From Cellvibrionales bacterium (GTDB lineage: Bacteria > Pseudomonadota > Gammaproteobacteria > Pseudomonadales > UBA7434), in the NCBI GenBank assembly GCA_002726445.1, contig PBSZ01000062.1, positions 1-40,859 of the forward strand: a stretch of 40,859 nucleotides of DNA, given 5' to 3'. The notes beneath the pieces are model-generated. The model was not told where the DNA came from. It ran no database searches and was given only the letters and a program-made list of their open reading frames with translations. Of the stretch, positions 28,530 through 39,513 are shown one piece after another. Position numbers and translations under genes: made by a program. Position 1 is the first letter of the stretch. Each line of letters begins with the position of its first letter.

Positions 28530-29441
28530 TCATTCATCATCCATAGCCGCTACACCGCACCATGCGGCATTGATTAGCCTCTCATTGATGCGTCGCTTCA
28601 TCACACAGAGCCCTATTTCTATCTGTGCGTCTATCGCTGCTTGCCTGAGGTCCACACTACTCAATACCTCTATGCTATCAAATACTGGACTGCTTGTGAG
28701 CACCAGCTTTGGTACCAATGCCACACCGCAACCCAGAGCCACCATACTGACAATAGCCTCATGACCGCTCACTTGGGCATAAATACTAGGATTAATACTT
28801 TCCGCGCGAAACCATTGCTCAAGACGACTACGCGACAAGCCTGACTCAGCCATTATCCATGGCACGTCAGACCAGTCGTTACTTAATTTGGCATCGCTTA
28901 ATTGCTGTCGCAGCTGAGATGGAGCTTTAGGAGCAATAAAAACCAATTCTGAGCGTGATAAGACCTTAAAATCAATGTGCTGATCGAGTCGATCAGGCTT
29001 TGCAGCAATCACAAAATCCTCTTTACCCTGCTGCAATCGACTGAGCGACAAGGCTTGGTCACCGGTATGTAATTTGATCTCAATAAGCGGCTGCCGATCA
29101 CGCAAATCGGATAAAATAGCCATTAATACGCTGTGGCTGGCAGTCACTGAGCAATACAGACTCACGGCCCCGCTTGGCTGATCTTGTTGCATTTGATTGG
29201 CTTGCTGTAAATCTTGCCACGCTGACAAGGTTTGCCGAGCAAAATCCAAATACCGTTTGCCGGCTGATGTTAAGGTGACCGAGCGATTACTTCGCTCAAA
29301 TAGCGAGCAATTAGCGTCGCTTTCCAGCCGTTGTATCAAGCGCGATAGCGTTGATGGGCTCATATTATGTCGATCACTGGTGCGAGAAAAATGTAATTCT
29401 TCTGCTAAATCAATGAATACTTTGATAAATTTAGTGTCCAT
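28530..29441 (-). CDS. ilvY: LysR-family transcriptional activator IlvY
   Basis: 303 aa. N-terminal wHTH (FSRTSDRHNMSPSTLSRLIQRLE). It is divergent from a class II ilvC, the classical ilvY-ilvC arrangement. Confidence 0.8.
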   Translation of the reverse strand: MDTKFIKVFIDLAEELHFSRTSDRHNMSPSTLSRLIQRLESDANCSLFERSNRSVTLTSAGKRYLDFARQTLSAWQDLQQANQMQQDQPSGAVSLYCSVTASHSVLMAILSDLRDRQPLIEIKLHTGDQALSLSRLQQGKEDFVIAAKPDRLDQHIDFKVLSRSELVFIAPKAPSQLRQQLSDAKLSNDWSDVPWIMAESGLSRSRLEQWFRAESINPSIYAQVSGHEAIVSMVALGCGVALVPKLVLTSSPVFDSIEVLSSVDLRQAAIDAQIEIGLCVMKRRINERLINAAWCGVAAMDDE

Positions 29442-29494
29442 AGTTAGCCGCCGCTGACCGATTATAAGGAGTAATCATAACCATTGTTTCTTTA

Positions 29495-29557
29495 TTTGAA
29501 ATATCAAGTTGCAAATATATCATTTTACGCAACAAATGTCAGCCACTAGAATATAAT
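29495..29557 (+). promoter_or_regulatory. ilvC promoter with candidate IlvY operator dyads
   Basis: A perfect TATAAT at 29552-29557 is paired with a poor -35 (GCAACA), typical of activator-dependent promoters. Upstream dyads are TTGAAATATCAA (29497-29508) and TTGC-N16-GCAA (29509-29532), the latter reaching into the -35. Confidence 0.4.
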
Positions 29558-29639
29558 TCCATTGAGAATCTCAATAAAATGAACTTCTTTTTTACTCGCT
29601 ATTAGCGCCACGCTTTTCTACTCCCAAGGAACTCATACT

Positions 29640-31112
29640 ATGGCTAACTACTTCAATACGCTTCCTCTGCGCTTGCAACTCGAGCAACTGGGCAAATGTC
29701 GATTCATGGACTCCAGTGAATTCAGCGATGGCTGTGATTATCTTAAAGGGAAGAAGATTGTCATTGTTGGCTGCGGCGCCCAAGGCTTAAACCAGGGTCT
29801 TAACATGCGAGACAGCGGCTTAGACATTGCCTATACCTTACGTGCATCGGCCATCACTGAACAACGCCAGTCGTGGAAAAACGCGACCGAAAACCGCTTT
29901 ACGGTGGGTAGTTATGAAGAACTCATTCCTGAAGCGGATTTACTACTCAACTTAACCCCTGACAAACAACACACTGATGTTGTTAATACAATAATGCCTT
30001 TAATGAAAAAAGGAGCCGCACTGGCTTACTCGCACGGATTCAATATTGTTGAGGAAGGTATGCAAGTACGCGATGACATTACGGTTGTAATGGTCGCGCC
30101 AAAATGTCCAGGCACCGAAGTTCGTGAGGAATATAAACGCGGTTTCGGTGTGCCAACATTGATCGCAGTTCACACTGAAAATGACCCTAATGGCGATGGC
30201 TGGGCTATTGCTAAAGCTTACGCTTCAGCGACCGGTGGCGATCGCGCTGGCTGCCTCGCTTCCTCATTCATTGCTGAAGTAAAATCAGATTTAATGGGTG
30301 AACAAACGATCTTATGCGGCATGCTGCAGACCGGTTCAATCTTATGCTTTGATAAAATGATTGAAAAAGGCATCGACTCTGCTTACGCGTCTAAACTGAT
30401 TCAATATGGATGGGAGACAATCACTGAAGGGTTAAAACACGGCGGCGTCACTAATATGATGGACCGTCTAAACAACCCAGCAAAAATCAAAGCCTTTGAT
30501 TTGGCCGCTGAATTAAAAGACATTATGCGCCCGCTGTACCAAAAACATCAAGACGACATTATCACTGGCCACTTTTCAAAAACCATGATGGAAGATTGGG
30601 CTAACGATGATGCTAACTTGCTTCAGTGGCGCGCAGCAACGGCTGAAACCGCCTTTGAAAAGTCAGTTGCTAACGATACAGAAATTGATGAGCAAAGCTT
30701 TTATGACAACGGCATCTTAATGGTTGCCATGGTCAAAGCCGGCGTAGAATTAGCATTTGAAACGATGGTCACTGCCGGCATTATTGAAGAATCCGCATAC
30801 TATGAATCTTTGCATGAAACGCCACTCATCGCTAACACTATCGCGCGTAAAAAACTGTATGAAATGAATGTAGTCATCTCTGACACAGCCGAATACGGCT
30901 GTTATCTATTTGATCATGCTTGCAAGCCTCTGCTTGCTGATTTTATGCAAGGCGTTGACACCGACATTATTGGTAAAGGTTTAAGCAGTAACCACAATGG
31001 CGTTGATAACCAAAAGTTGATTGCCGTTAATGATGCTATACGCAACCACCCAGTTGAAGTCGTTGGTAAAAAATTACGTGGCTACATGACTGCTATGAAA
31101 AAGATCGTTTAA
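29640..31112 (+). CDS. ilvC: ketol-acid reductoisomerase, class II (long, duplicated knotted domain)
   Basis: 490 aa, collinear with E. coli IlvC from MANYFNTL...QLGKCRFM through [30 protein letters not shown] to [12 protein letters not shown]. Confidence 0.97.
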   Translation: MANYFNTLPLRLQLEQLGKCRFMDSSEFSDGCDYLKGKKIVIVGCGAQGLNQGLNMRDSGLDIAYTLRASAITEQRQSWKNATENRFTVGSYEELIPEADLLLNLTPDKQHTDVVNTIMPLMKKGAALAYSHGFNIVEEGMQVRDDITVVMVAPKCPGTEVREEYKRGFGVPTLIAVHTENDPNGDGWAIAKAYASATGGDRAGCLASSFIAEVKSDLMGEQTILCGMLQTGSILCFDKMIEKGIDSAYASKLIQYGWETITEGLKHGGVTNMMDRLNNPAKIKAFDLAAELKDIMRPLYQKHQDDIITGHFSKTMMEDWANDDANLLQWRAATAETAFEKSVANDTEIDEQSFYDNGILMVAMVKAGVELAFETMVTAGIIEESAYYESLHETPLIANTIARKKLYEMNVVISDTAEYGCYLFDHACKPLLADFMQGVDTDIIGKGLSSNHNGVDNQKLIAVNDAIRNHPVEVVGKKLRGYMTAMKKIV

Positions 31113-31117
31113 CTTTT

Positions 31118-31166
31118 TTCATGCAATAAAAAACCCAGCCTGTAGCTGGGTTTTTTATTGCATGAA
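31118..31166. terminator. bidirectional rho-independent terminator (22-bp perfect stem)
   Basis: TTCATGCAATAAAAAACCCAGC-ctgta-GCTGGGTTTTTTATTGCATGAA between the convergent ilvC and ilvH. Confidence 0.8.
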
Positions 31167-31171
31167 ACCAA

Positions 31172-31690
31172 TTATAAGGCGAGTACTTTCTCACCTCTAG
31201 CAATGCCAGAAACACCACTACGGACCACTTCGATGACATTGGAGCCTTTAACTGCCTCAATAAATGCATCAATTTTTTGCTGAGTGCCTATCAACTGAAT
31301 AGTGTAAAGTGAGCTGGTGACATCAACAATTTGGGCACGGAAAATATCAGCTGTTCGTTTTATTTCTTCTCTCGCCTCACCACTGGCACGCACCTTGATC
31401 AACATCAGCTCTCGCTCAATATGTTCACCTTCGGTTAGATCAACCAGCTTAACCACATCGACAAGTTTATTGAGCTGTTTGGTAATTTGTTCAATCGTCT
31501 GGTCGTCACACAAAGTGATGAGCGTCAAGCGCGATAGCGTAACATCATCAGTTGGTGCGACGGTTAAGGTTTCAATATTATAACCACGCTGAGAAAAAAG
31601 ACCCACCACGCGTGACAGGGCGCCGGGAGAGTTTTCCATTAACAATGAAATTATACGTCTAGTGGATATATCTACATCTACGGTCGGCAT
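31172..31690 (-). CDS. ilvH: acetolactate synthase III small (regulatory) subunit
   Basis: 172 aa. ACT domain ISLLMENSPGALSRVVGLFSQRGYNIETLTVAPT. It starts 1 nt after the ilvI stop. Confidence 0.93.
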   Translation of the reverse strand: MPTVDVDISTRRIISLLMENSPGALSRVVGLFSQRGYNIETLTVAPTDDVTLSRLTLITLCDDQTIEQITKQLNKLVDVVKLVDLTEGEHIERELMLIKVRASGEAREEIKRTADIFRAQIVDVTSSLYTIQLIGTQQKIDAFIEAVKGSNVIEVVRSGVSGIARGEKVLAL

Positions 31691-31691
31691 C

Positions 31692-33530
31692 TTAGCTTCG
31701 CTCCGTCTTACTCAAATACATATCATTCATTGCACCATCAGGTGCAATCTGCATCGGATAAACATGCTCGTGCGGATCAACATAGACATCGACGAATACT
31801 ACTTGCTCGCGACTGGTATCGATAGCAGTTTGCATCTGCTCTCGCAACTGTTTCTTGTCAGTTATTTTTATCCCAACATGGCCATAAGCTTCAGCCAGTT
31901 TAATAAAGTCAGGCAGCGAATCCTGGTAGACTGATTGAGAATAACGACTTTCATACTGCATATCTTGCCATTGCTTAACCATGCCAAGATAACCGTTATT
32001 TAAATTAACAATAAGCACGGGCAAATTATATTGCTTGCAGGTTGAAAGCTCTTGGATACACATCTGAATACTGCCTTCGCCTGTAACACAGGCAACAATT
32101 GCATCAGGATGAGCCAACTTGACGCCCATTGCTGCAGGCAATCCAAAACCCATCGTGCCTAGACCACCAGAATTAATCCACTGCCGTGGCTGGTCAAATA
32201 AATAATATTGCGCGGCAAACATTTGATGCTGGCCCACATCAGAGGTAACAAAGGCCTTGCCATCGGTTAACTCATGCAGCAACTGAACGACTTCCTGTGG
32301 CTTAATATTCTCGGAACTATCATCAAATCGATTTTGAGTATAAAGGCCATGTTTCTGACGCCAGCCATCGATGGTAGCCCACCATTTTGCTATCGCATCG
32401 GCATCCACTCGGTTAGCAATGCCCGGTTGCGCTTCAATATCTTTAATTTGACTCAACATTTCTTCAAGTACGGGCCGTGCCGGGCCAACAATCGGTAAAT
32501 GAGAGATCACTGTTTTTGAAATACTAGCAGGGTCTACATCAATATGAATAATGGTCGCTTGCGGGCAAAACTTACTGATGGTGTTTGTCACTCGGTCATC
32601 AAATCGAGCCCCAACCGCTAAAATAACATCGCTTTCATGCATGGCATTGTTGGCTTCGTATGTGCCATGCATGCCCAACATGCCAACAAACTGACGATCA
32701 CTACCAGGATAAGCCCCCAAACCCATCAGCGTATTAGTGATGGGAAAATTGAGATGACGAACCAAATCGGTTAACGCAGCGCTGGCATTGCCTTGAATGA
32801 CACCACCGCCGGCATAAATCATTGGCTTTTTAGCCCGCAACAATAATTCAACCGCTTTCCTAATTTGTCCGCTATGACCTTTTTCTGCTGGCGCGTAAGA
32901 GCGAAGTGATACCTCTGCAGGATAATCAAAAGGCGCTTTATAGGCAGGCGCGGTGATATCTTTTGGAATATCAACCACGACCGGGCCAGGTCGACCAGAG
33001 GCGGCTAAATAAAACGCTGTTTTAATAATACGCGGGATATCTTCAGTGCGCTTAACCAAAAAACTGTGTTTCACTATCGGACGAGAAATACCGATCATGT
33101 CAGTTTCTTGAAAGGCATCTTCACCGATTAAATGACTTTGTACTTGGCCAGAGATCACCACCATGGGAATAGAATCCATATAAGCAGTGGCAATACCCGT
33201 AATAGCATTGGTCGCGCCTGGACCGGAAGTGACTAATACCACCCCTGTTTTTCCTGTCGAGCGCGCGTAACCGTCGGCCGCATGCGTGGCAGCCTGCTCA
33301 TGACGAACAAGAATATGGGGTACCGAGGAATGACGGTGCAAGGCATCATAGATATGCAGCACAGCACCCCCTGGGTAGCCAAATATAAATTCGACCCCTT
33401 CCTCTTCAAGTGCTCTGGCGACCATATCGCCGCCCGATAACATTTCAACGTCACCATTGACCTCAGTCAAATTCGTGCTTTTAGCGTGCTCAGCACCGCT
33501 GGAGGGAGATTTATCTTGGTCTTTTAACAT
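31692..33530 (-). CDS. ilvI: acetolactate synthase III large (catalytic) subunit
   Basis: ThDP enzyme motifs [20 protein letters not shown] and [15 protein letters not shown]...GEGSIQM. The start is uncertain. 33530 gives a 29-aa extension, while Met30 at 33443 ([12 protein letters not shown]) matches the usual N-terminus. Confidence 0.92.
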   Translation of the reverse strand: MLKDQDKSPSSGAEHAKSTNLTEVNGDVEMLSGGDMVARALEEEGVEFIFGYPGGAVLHIYDALHRHSSVPHILVRHEQAATHAADGYARSTGKTGVVLVTSGPGATNAITGIATAYMDSIPMVVISGQVQSHLIGEDAFQETDMIGISRPIVKHSFLVKRTEDIPRIIKTAFYLAASGRPGPVVVDIPKDITAPAYKAPFDYPAEVSLRSYAPAEKGHSGQIRKAVELLLRAKKPMIYAGGGVIQGNASAALTDLVRHLNFPITNTLMGLGAYPGSDRQFVGMLGMHGTYEANNAMHESDVILAVGARFDDRVTNTISKFCPQATIIHIDVDPASISKTVISHLPIVGPARPVLEEMLSQIKDIEAQPGIANRVDADAIAKWWATIDGWRQKHGLYTQNRFDDSSENIKPQEVVQLLHELTDGKAFVTSDVGQHQMFAAQYYLFDQPRQWINSGGLGTMGFGLPAAMGVKLAHPDAIVACVTGEGSIQMCIQELSTCKQYNLPVLIVNLNNGYLGMVKQWQDMQYESRYSQSVYQDSLPDFIKLAEAYGHVGIKITDKKQLREQMQTAIDTSREQVVFVDVYVDPHEHVYPMQIAPDGAMNDMYLSKTERS

Positions 33531-33774
33531 GTTAACGCTCTTAAATTTTGGCCTTGTAGTTCAATACAGCCGTAGATTCAATTGGGGCAAGCCAGATTCT
33601 GGTAGACATTGAATTGTTTAATTTCAATCGCCGCCTGTCAATAGCTAAGCCAACTATCACAGCTAATTCGGTCTTTTTACTCGATTTTTTACCCAAAACA
33701 ACTGAATATGAGCTCGATTTGGTCTCGACTAAGCAAAGATAAAGCACGGCTATTTATCGTCGGCAGCGATCGCA

Positions 33775-36375
33775 TCAATGTAATTTTTGTCGGCTAAAAG
33801 TCATCGTGCCACGAGTCTTCGCCTCAGTGGGCGGCTCGTAGTCCACCACAATCGTATCACCGGCGACAAAATCACCCGCCAACAACTGTTGTGCTAGAGG
33901 GTTTTCGAGTTGCTGCTGTAGCACACGCTTTAATGGCCGAGCGCCATAAACAGGGTCATAGCCGGCGTCAACCAGGCTTGCTAAGGCCTGATCGGATATC
34001 GAGAGCTGTAACTCTTTATCAGCCAAACGGCGCTGAAGGTGCTGCAACTGAATCACTGCAATATCGGCAATATGTTCTCGGGCCAAGGAATGAAAAACCA
34101 CTGTCTCATCGATACGGTTTAAAAACTCTGGCCTAAAATACTGGCGCAACTGCTCCATCACCGCTTGTTTAATCTCCTCGGCATTTAACTCATTAGCCTG
34201 AATATGTTCCGAACCTAAATTAGAGGTCATTACAATCACGGTGTTTTTAAAATCAACCGTCCGGCCTTGACTATCGGTAAGGCGGCCATCTTCTAATACT
34301 TGCAGCAATAAGTTAAAAACGTCTGGATGAGCTTTCTCTACCTCGTCCAGCAGCAGCACCGAATAAGGTTTTCGACGCACCGCTTCGGTCAAATAACCGC
34401 CCTGCTCGTAACCCACATAACCCGGCGGCGCACCGATCAATCGCGCCACTGAATGCTTCTCCATAAACTCTGACATATCTAAGCGAACTAAAGCCGACTC
34501 ACTGTCAAATAAAAACCGCGCTAACGACTTGCATAATTCGGTCTTGCCGACGCCAGTTGGGCCAAGAAACAAAAATGAACCATTAGGTCGATTAGGTTCC
34601 GATAAACCGGCTCGCGACCGACGTACCGCATGCGCGATGGCCGTCACTGCCTCAGCCTGACCGACCACATCGCGATGTAATTCAGATTCAATTCTCAGCA
34701 ATTTTTCACGCTCACCCTCAAGCATTTTACTCAAAGGTATGGCAGTCCACCGCGAAACTACCTCCGCAATTTCTTCTTCAGTAACACGGTTTCTTAATAA
34801 CGTCATGGTAGGCTGTTCACGCTCATCAAAGCCTGCTAACTGTTTCTCTAATTCAGGTATCTTGCCATACTGCAATTCCGACATGCGACTTAAATCACTG
34901 TTCCGACTGGCAATTTCAAGTGCCATTCTAGCCTGCTCTAGGGCAACTTTAATTTGCTGATCACCCTGAACAGAGGCTTTTTCTGCCAGCCAAACCTCAT
35001 CAAGTTCAGCATATTCTTTTGCCACTTGAGCAATATCATCATTCAGTAAGTTCAACTGTTGTAGAGCAGCCGGATCGTTATCTTTTTTGACCGCCTCGCG
35101 TTGTATTTTTAATTGAATTAAGCGTCGCTCTAATTTGTCCATCACCTCTGGCTTAGAATCAATTTCCATCCGCATGCGACTGGCTGCCTCATCAATTAAA
35201 TCGATGGCCTTATCAGGCAATTGACGATCACTGATATAGCGTTGCGAAAGTTTAACCGCAGTAATAATCGCCGCATCGGTAATATCGACACCGTGATGAA
35301 CCTCATACCTTTCTCGTAAGCCACGTAAAATAGCAATGGCATCTTCTTCATTTGGCTCAACCACCAAGACTTTTTGAAACCGTCGCTCTAAAGCTGCATC
35401 TTTTTCAATAAACTGTCGGTATTCATTCAGCGTCGTTGCTCCCACACAATGCAAGTCACCGCGTGCCAAAGCTGGTTTCAGCATATTGCCCGCATCTAAA
35501 GCACCCTCAGCCTTGCCAGCACCAACCATGGTATGCAGTTCATCAATAAATAGAATAATCTGACCTTGTTGTTTAGACACCGCTTTAAGTACGGCTTTTA
35601 AACGCTCTTCAAAGTCACCGCGAAATTTGGCACCCGCTAGTAGCGCGGCTAAGTCTAACGACAGTAGCCGTTTATTTTTAATTCCTTCAGGCACTTCACC
35701 ATTAATGATTCGCTGCGCTAAGCCCTCGGCAATAGCGGTTTTCCCCACCCCTGGCTCGCCGATTAATACCGGATTGTTTTTAGTGCGCCGCTGCAACACT
35801 TGAATAGTTCGGCGAATTTCATCATCACGACCAATAACGGGATCGAGCTGCCCTTGTTCAGCACGCGCAGTTAAATCGAGAGTATATTTCTCTAAGGCTT
35901 GGCGATGATTCTCAGTGTCATTGGCGTCAACCGATTCGCCTGCACGTAGCCCAGTGATGGCCTCGGCGACTTGTCCAGCATTGAACCCGGCATTTAAAAA
36001 AACTGCCTGTAAATCAGAGCCATTTTCTAACATCGCAGAAACAACCGCTTCGGTCGAAAGAAACTGATCGCCCTTTTGCTGGGCAAACTTCTCGGCTAAA
36101 TTCATCACACGGGCAAGGCCTGGCGAAATTGATATATCGCCAGTCGCGGCATTTAAATGCGGAAAATCAACTAGCCTTTGCTGTAAGTCATTGTATAAAC
36201 GATCGGTATCGCCTTTGCTTTGCTGCAACAAGGGCTTAATCGACGCTTCCGGTGCATCCAGCATTGAAAGCAATAAGTGGACTGACTCAATGGTCGCGTG
36301 ATTATGGCTAATAGCCAGCGACTGAGCATCTGAGAACGCATGTTGCAGCGCTTTGGTTAAACGATCGAAACGCAT
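33775..36375 (-). CDS. clpB: ATP-dependent disaggregase ClpB
   Basis: 866 aa, collinear with E. coli ClpB. Two AAA+ modules ([20 protein letters not shown]) and the long middle coiled-coil. Confidence 0.97.
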   Translation of the reverse strand: MRFDRLTKALQHAFSDAQSLAISHNHATIESVHLLLSMLDAPEASIKPLLQQSKGDTDRLYNDLQQRLVDFPHLNAATGDISISPGLARVMNLAEKFAQQKGDQFLSTEAVVSAMLENGSDLQAVFLNAGFNAGQVAEAITGLRAGESVDANDTENHRQALEKYTLDLTARAEQGQLDPVIGRDDEIRRTIQVLQRRTKNNPVLIGEPGVGKTAIAEGLAQRIINGEVPEGIKNKRLLSLDLAALLAGAKFRGDFEERLKAVLKAVSKQQGQIILFIDELHTMVGAGKAEGALDAGNMLKPALARGDLHCVGATTLNEYRQFIEKDAALERRFQKVLVVEPNEEDAIAILRGLRERYEVHHGVDITDAAIITAVKLSQRYISDRQLPDKAIDLIDEAASRMRMEIDSKPEVMDKLERRLIQLKIQREAVKKDNDPAALQQLNLLNDDIAQVAKEYAELDEVWLAEKASVQGDQQIKVALEQARMALEIASRNSDLSRMSELQYGKIPELEKQLAGFDEREQPTMTLLRNRVTEEEIAEVVSRWTAIPLSKMLEGEREKLLRIESELHRDVVGQAEAVTAIAHAVRRSRAGLSEPNRPNGSFLFLGPTGVGKTELCKSLARFLFDSESALVRLDMSEFMEKHSVARLIGAPPGYVGYEQGGYLTEAVRRKPYSVLLLDEVEKAHPDVFNLLLQVLEDGRLTDSQGRTVDFKNTVIVMTSNLGSEHIQANELNAEEIKQAVMEQLRQYFRPEFLNRIDETVVFHSLAREHIADIAVIQLQHLQRRLADKELQLSISDQALASLVDAGYDPVYGARPLKRVLQQQLENPLAQQLLAGDFVAGDTIVVDYEPPTEAKTRGTMTFSRQKLH

Positions 36376-36410
36376 GATATTGCCCCCTTTTTATCTCGCT
36401 AATACAATAG

Positions 36411-36438
36411 AGATGAGGACAAAAATTCATAAATCAAG
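36411..36438 (-). promoter_or_regulatory. sigma32 (heat-shock) promoter of clpB
   Basis: On the minus strand: CTTGATT, 13 nt, then CCTCATCT, against the consensus CTTGAAA-N13-15-CCCCATNT. This leaves a leader of about 28 nt, with a GGGGG RBS 8 nt before the ATG. Confidence 0.55.
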
Positions 36439-36465
36439 CAATAAATTCAACGATAGTGAACTCGG

Positions 36466-37359
36466 CTACCGCTCTCGGGAATCAAACACCGGCGCCCGAG
36501 GTGCATCGAGTAAGCCAAACGATAATCGATTTAAACGAGAACGCTTATCTAGCTCATAATTAGCACCGTAGCGATAATCACCGCTTTCATCCAAAGCAGG
36601 ATGATTAGGAAAATTATTTTTCAAGACCAATAAATTGGTCTGAGCCAATGTTGGCAACTCCATCTGCTGATAGCAAAAAACCAGCAAGGCCAAGGCATCA
36701 GCGGTGGCTTCTGATCCTTGAAAATTCTCAATCACGATTTTCGCGCGATTCACCGCGGCGGTATAGGCTTTACGCTTCACGTAGTAATTCGCCACCACTA
36801 ATTCGTGACGAGCCAATACGTACTTAATATAAATCATTCGAGCTCTGGCATCGGCTGCATAGAGACTGTCGGGATAACGCTGAATAAACCGTTCAAATTC
36901 GCGAAAAGAACGCTCGGCCGAGGCAACATCTCGCTGAGCCTTGTCTGACTGATAAAATCGCGACAGTAAACCCGGCTTGAGGCTGTAGTTGGCTAAACCA
37001 CGCATGTACCAGGCATAATCAACTTCAGGATGGTTTGCATGCAAGCGAATAAACCGCTCGGCCGAAGCGATCGCCGAATCCTCTTCATTGTTTCGGTAGT
37101 AGGCATAAATAATTTCTAACTGCGATTGCTCGGCGTAGGTGCCAAACGGAAACCTAGACTCAAGAAGTTGTAGATTCTTAACTGCCAAGTCAAAACTCTC
37201 CTTGTCGAGTAAGCTCTGCACTCGCTCATAGAGTTGTTTTTCGGTGAGAACTTTCGAGCTTTCTCGCTCCTCGTCTTTGTCCTTATCACCGAACAGCGAG
37301 CAGCTCATCAGCATGGTGGTCAACAACACACTTAAGCCATAATTGATCCATTTACCCAT
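36466..37359 (-). CDS. bamD: outer membrane protein assembly factor BamD (lipoprotein, TPR)
   Basis: I place the start at 37359 (MGKWINYGLSVLLTTMLMSC, lipobox LMSC), not at the ORF-track 37446. TPR-like repeats. It is divergent from rluD, as in E. coli and Pseudomonas. Confidence 0.88.
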   Translation of the reverse strand: MGKWINYGLSVLLTTMLMSCSLFGDKDKDEERESSKVLTEKQLYERVQSLLDKESFDLAVKNLQLLESRFPFGTYAEQSQLEIIYAYYRNNEEDSAIASAERFIRLHANHPEVDYAWYMRGLANYSLKPGLLSRFYQSDKAQRDVASAERSFREFERFIQRYPDSLYAADARARMIYIKYVLARHELVVANYYVKRKAYTAAVNRAKIVIENFQGSEATADALALLVFCYQQMELPTLAQTNLLVLKNNFPNHPALDESGDYRYGANYELDKRSRLNRLSFGLLDAPRAPVFDSRER

Positions 37360-37489
37360 TAATCCCCAACCCTCTACTGCGTTTGATTTAGCCTTACGCC
37401 AATATAAGACGACACGACTGGATTGCGTTACAATCAGCCTATACAATCAATTATCGCATAACTGATCGACATTCGCCTATTTTAAGCCA

Positions 37490-38554
37490 ATGAAAAATAA
37501 CAGCATGGCAAAAACAACAAAAATGACTCAAGCCAGTAATTTAACCGACAGCGATTCTGAAGATAATGACAGCCTAGAATCAGCTCTATCTGAGCGCATT
37601 GAACACACGGCAATCATTGGGGCTGACTTATCAGGCTTAAGGTTCGACCAAATAGCCGCTAAAGTCTTTCCTGACTATTCACGCGGCAAGCTACAAACGT
37701 GGATCAATTCTGGTGAATTAACCGTCAACGGAAAAACCGCTAAAACACGGCAAAAATTATTCAGCGGTGCTGAATTACGCTTATCCGCAGAGTTCTCTCC
37801 GGTATCTGAATGGCAAGCCGAAGATAAACCGATCAATATTGTTTTCGAGGATGAGCATTTATTGGTCATTAACAAGGCGGATAACTGCGTGGTTCACCCC
37901 GCGCCTGGCCTGCAATCTGGCACACTGGTGAATAGTATCTTAGCCCATTGTCCCAGCAATGCAGCTCTACCCCGAGGTGGCATTGTGCATCGACTCGACA
38001 AAGACACCACAGGCTTAATGATGGTGGCAAAAAGTCTTATTGCGCATACCAGCTTGGTCAGACAACTGCAGGCACGCAGTGTCAGTAGAATCTACCGCGC
38101 CGTCGTCAGGGGCACATTTATATCGGGCGGAACAATTGATGCCGCCATGGCAAGACACCCCTCAGCAAGAACTAAGATGGCGGTCGCCAGTAATGCCAAT
38201 AGTCATGGTGCCAAACCCGCCATCACTCACTACCGCATCGCCGAGCGATTTCAACACCACAATGAATTAACGATTAAATTGGAGACCGGTCGCACGCATC
38301 AAATTCGAGTGCATATGGCCCATTTAAAACGCCCCTTAGTCGGTGATAAAACCTATAATCCTCGCTACCAACAAATCGCCGGCATCAGCGAAACCTTGGA
38401 CAGCGCCCTGCGTTCGTTTCCTCGTCAGGCGCTACATGCTTTTGAATTAGCCTTTGACCACCCAGTGACTGAGCAACATTGTGAGTTTCAATGTGAGGCC
38501 CCTGCCGACTACCAACAATTGATTCAATCCCTGCGGGACGAAGAAAAACGCTAA
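37490..38554 (+). CDS. rluD: 23S rRNA pseudouridine(1911/1915/1917) synthase RluD
   Basis: S4 domain (RFDQIAAKVFPDYSRGKLQTWI) and catalytic HRLDKDTTGLMMVAK, plus ETGRTHQIRVHMAH. The acidic/Ser-rich N-terminal extension makes the exact start uncertain. Confidence 0.92.
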   Translation: MKNNSMAKTTKMTQASNLTDSDSEDNDSLESALSERIEHTAIIGADLSGLRFDQIAAKVFPDYSRGKLQTWINSGELTVNGKTAKTRQKLFSGAELRLSAEFSPVSEWQAEDKPINIVFEDEHLLVINKADNCVVHPAPGLQSGTLVNSILAHCPSNAALPRGGIVHRLDKDTTGLMMVAKSLIAHTSLVRQLQARSVSRIYRAVVRGTFISGGTIDAAMARHPSARTKMAVASNANSHGAKPAITHYRIAERFQHHNELTIKLETGRTHQIRVHMAHLKRPLVGDKTYNPRYQQIAGISETLDSALRSFPRQALHAFELAFDHPVTEQHCEFQCEAPADYQQLIQSLRDEEKR

Positions 38555-38555
38555 A

Positions 38556-39377
38556 ATGACGGATAAGACTATCGCTGAACCTGTCGACGAGGCTTCAATC
38601 ATCCACCCCATCTGGCCAGCCCCCGACCATATTTATGCCGGCGTTACTACCCGCATTGGCGGCTACAGTGACCAACCTTTTGAGCAAGGTAATATGGCCA
38701 ATCATGTGGGCGACGACCCCCGCCATGTCGAAAAAAATCGCCAGCGATTGGCCGATTATGAAGCCCAACGCTGTGGCGACGAATTGCATTGGCAATGGCT
38801 GGAACAAAGTCACAGCAATCACTGCGTCGAAATTCATCAGAGCCAAGCCCGCCCACTAGCAGCCGATGCAGTCATCACTGCATCGTCAATGACCAATTGC
38901 GTGGTCATGACGGCCGACTGTCTGCCCATCCTTTTAACCAACGCCGAGGGAAACCAAGTGGCCGCTATTCATGCCGGCTGGCGTGGGTTAGCTCAGGGAA
39001 TTATCAGCAATACAGTGTCACTTTTTCGCCAATCATTGAAAGTTAAAAAAATTCCACCAAGCCCCATTTATGCTTGGCTTGGCCCTGCCATAGGCCCCAA
39101 TTCCTTTGAAGTCGGCGACGACGTCAAACAGGCTTTTGCCAGCCAAGCTCATCATAGCCAACTCAACTACCCGCTCGCTTTTACCCCGCACGGCAATAAA
39201 AAGCACCTAGCCGACCTATATCAGCTGGCCACATTGGAATTGAATCTCAATGATATTCATCATGTTTATGGTGGCGGTTTTTGCACCTTTCGCGAAACTG
39301 AGCGATTTTTTTCCTACCGTCGCGCATCATCCACTGGCCGAATGGCCAGCTACATCTATCGCCGAGATAAACCATAA
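38556..39377 (+). CDS. pgeF: peptidoglycan editing factor PgeF (YfiH, purine nucleoside phosphorylase/laccase-like)
   Basis: 273 aa. ...ADCLPILL...AAIHAGWRGL...CT......FFSYRR motifs. It starts 2 nt after the rluD stop. Confidence 0.9.
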   Translation: MTDKTIAEPVDEASIIHPIWPAPDHIYAGVTTRIGGYSDQPFEQGNMANHVGDDPRHVEKNRQRLADYEAQRCGDELHWQWLEQSHSNHCVEIHQSQARPLAADAVITASSMTNCVVMTADCLPILLTNAEGNQVAAIHAGWRGLAQGIISNTVSLFRQSLKVKKIPPSPIYAWLGPAIGPNSFEVGDDVKQAFASQAHHSQLNYPLAFTPHGNKKHLADLYQLATLELNLNDIHHVYGGGFCTFRETERFFSYRRASSTGRMASYIYRRDKP

Positions 39378-39513
39378 AATAAGGTTTTATAGCCCGTTCA
39401 GCTTATGCACAAATTGGCTATTCCTTTCTCAATATACATACTCGAGAGGGATAAAAGCCATTAGAATGGCTTGGCAGAATTAACGTTTTTCAACCACATT
39501 ATAGAGGTCAACA

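Noticed and set aside
33541-33747. 68-aa ORF (and its nested 22-aa [22 protein letters not shown]) upstream of ilvI, considered as a branched-chain amino acid leader peptide/attenuator
   Set aside because: There is no run of consecutive Ile/Leu/Val codons. No terminator/antiterminator pair follows it. ilvIH-type operons are classically not attenuation-controlled.
35925-35945. Internal translation start producing short ClpB (the ClpB-80 isoform of E. coli starts at a GTG in the GESV motif)
   Set aside because: The homologous Val in RAGESVD is encoded by GTT here, which is not a start codon. The E. coli mechanism therefore cannot be inferred at this position.
37360-37446. 29-aa N-terminal extension of BamD in the ORF track
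   Set aside because: A lipoprotein signal peptide with a lipobox (LMSC) begins at the Met encoded at 37359. The extension would bury the signal peptide.
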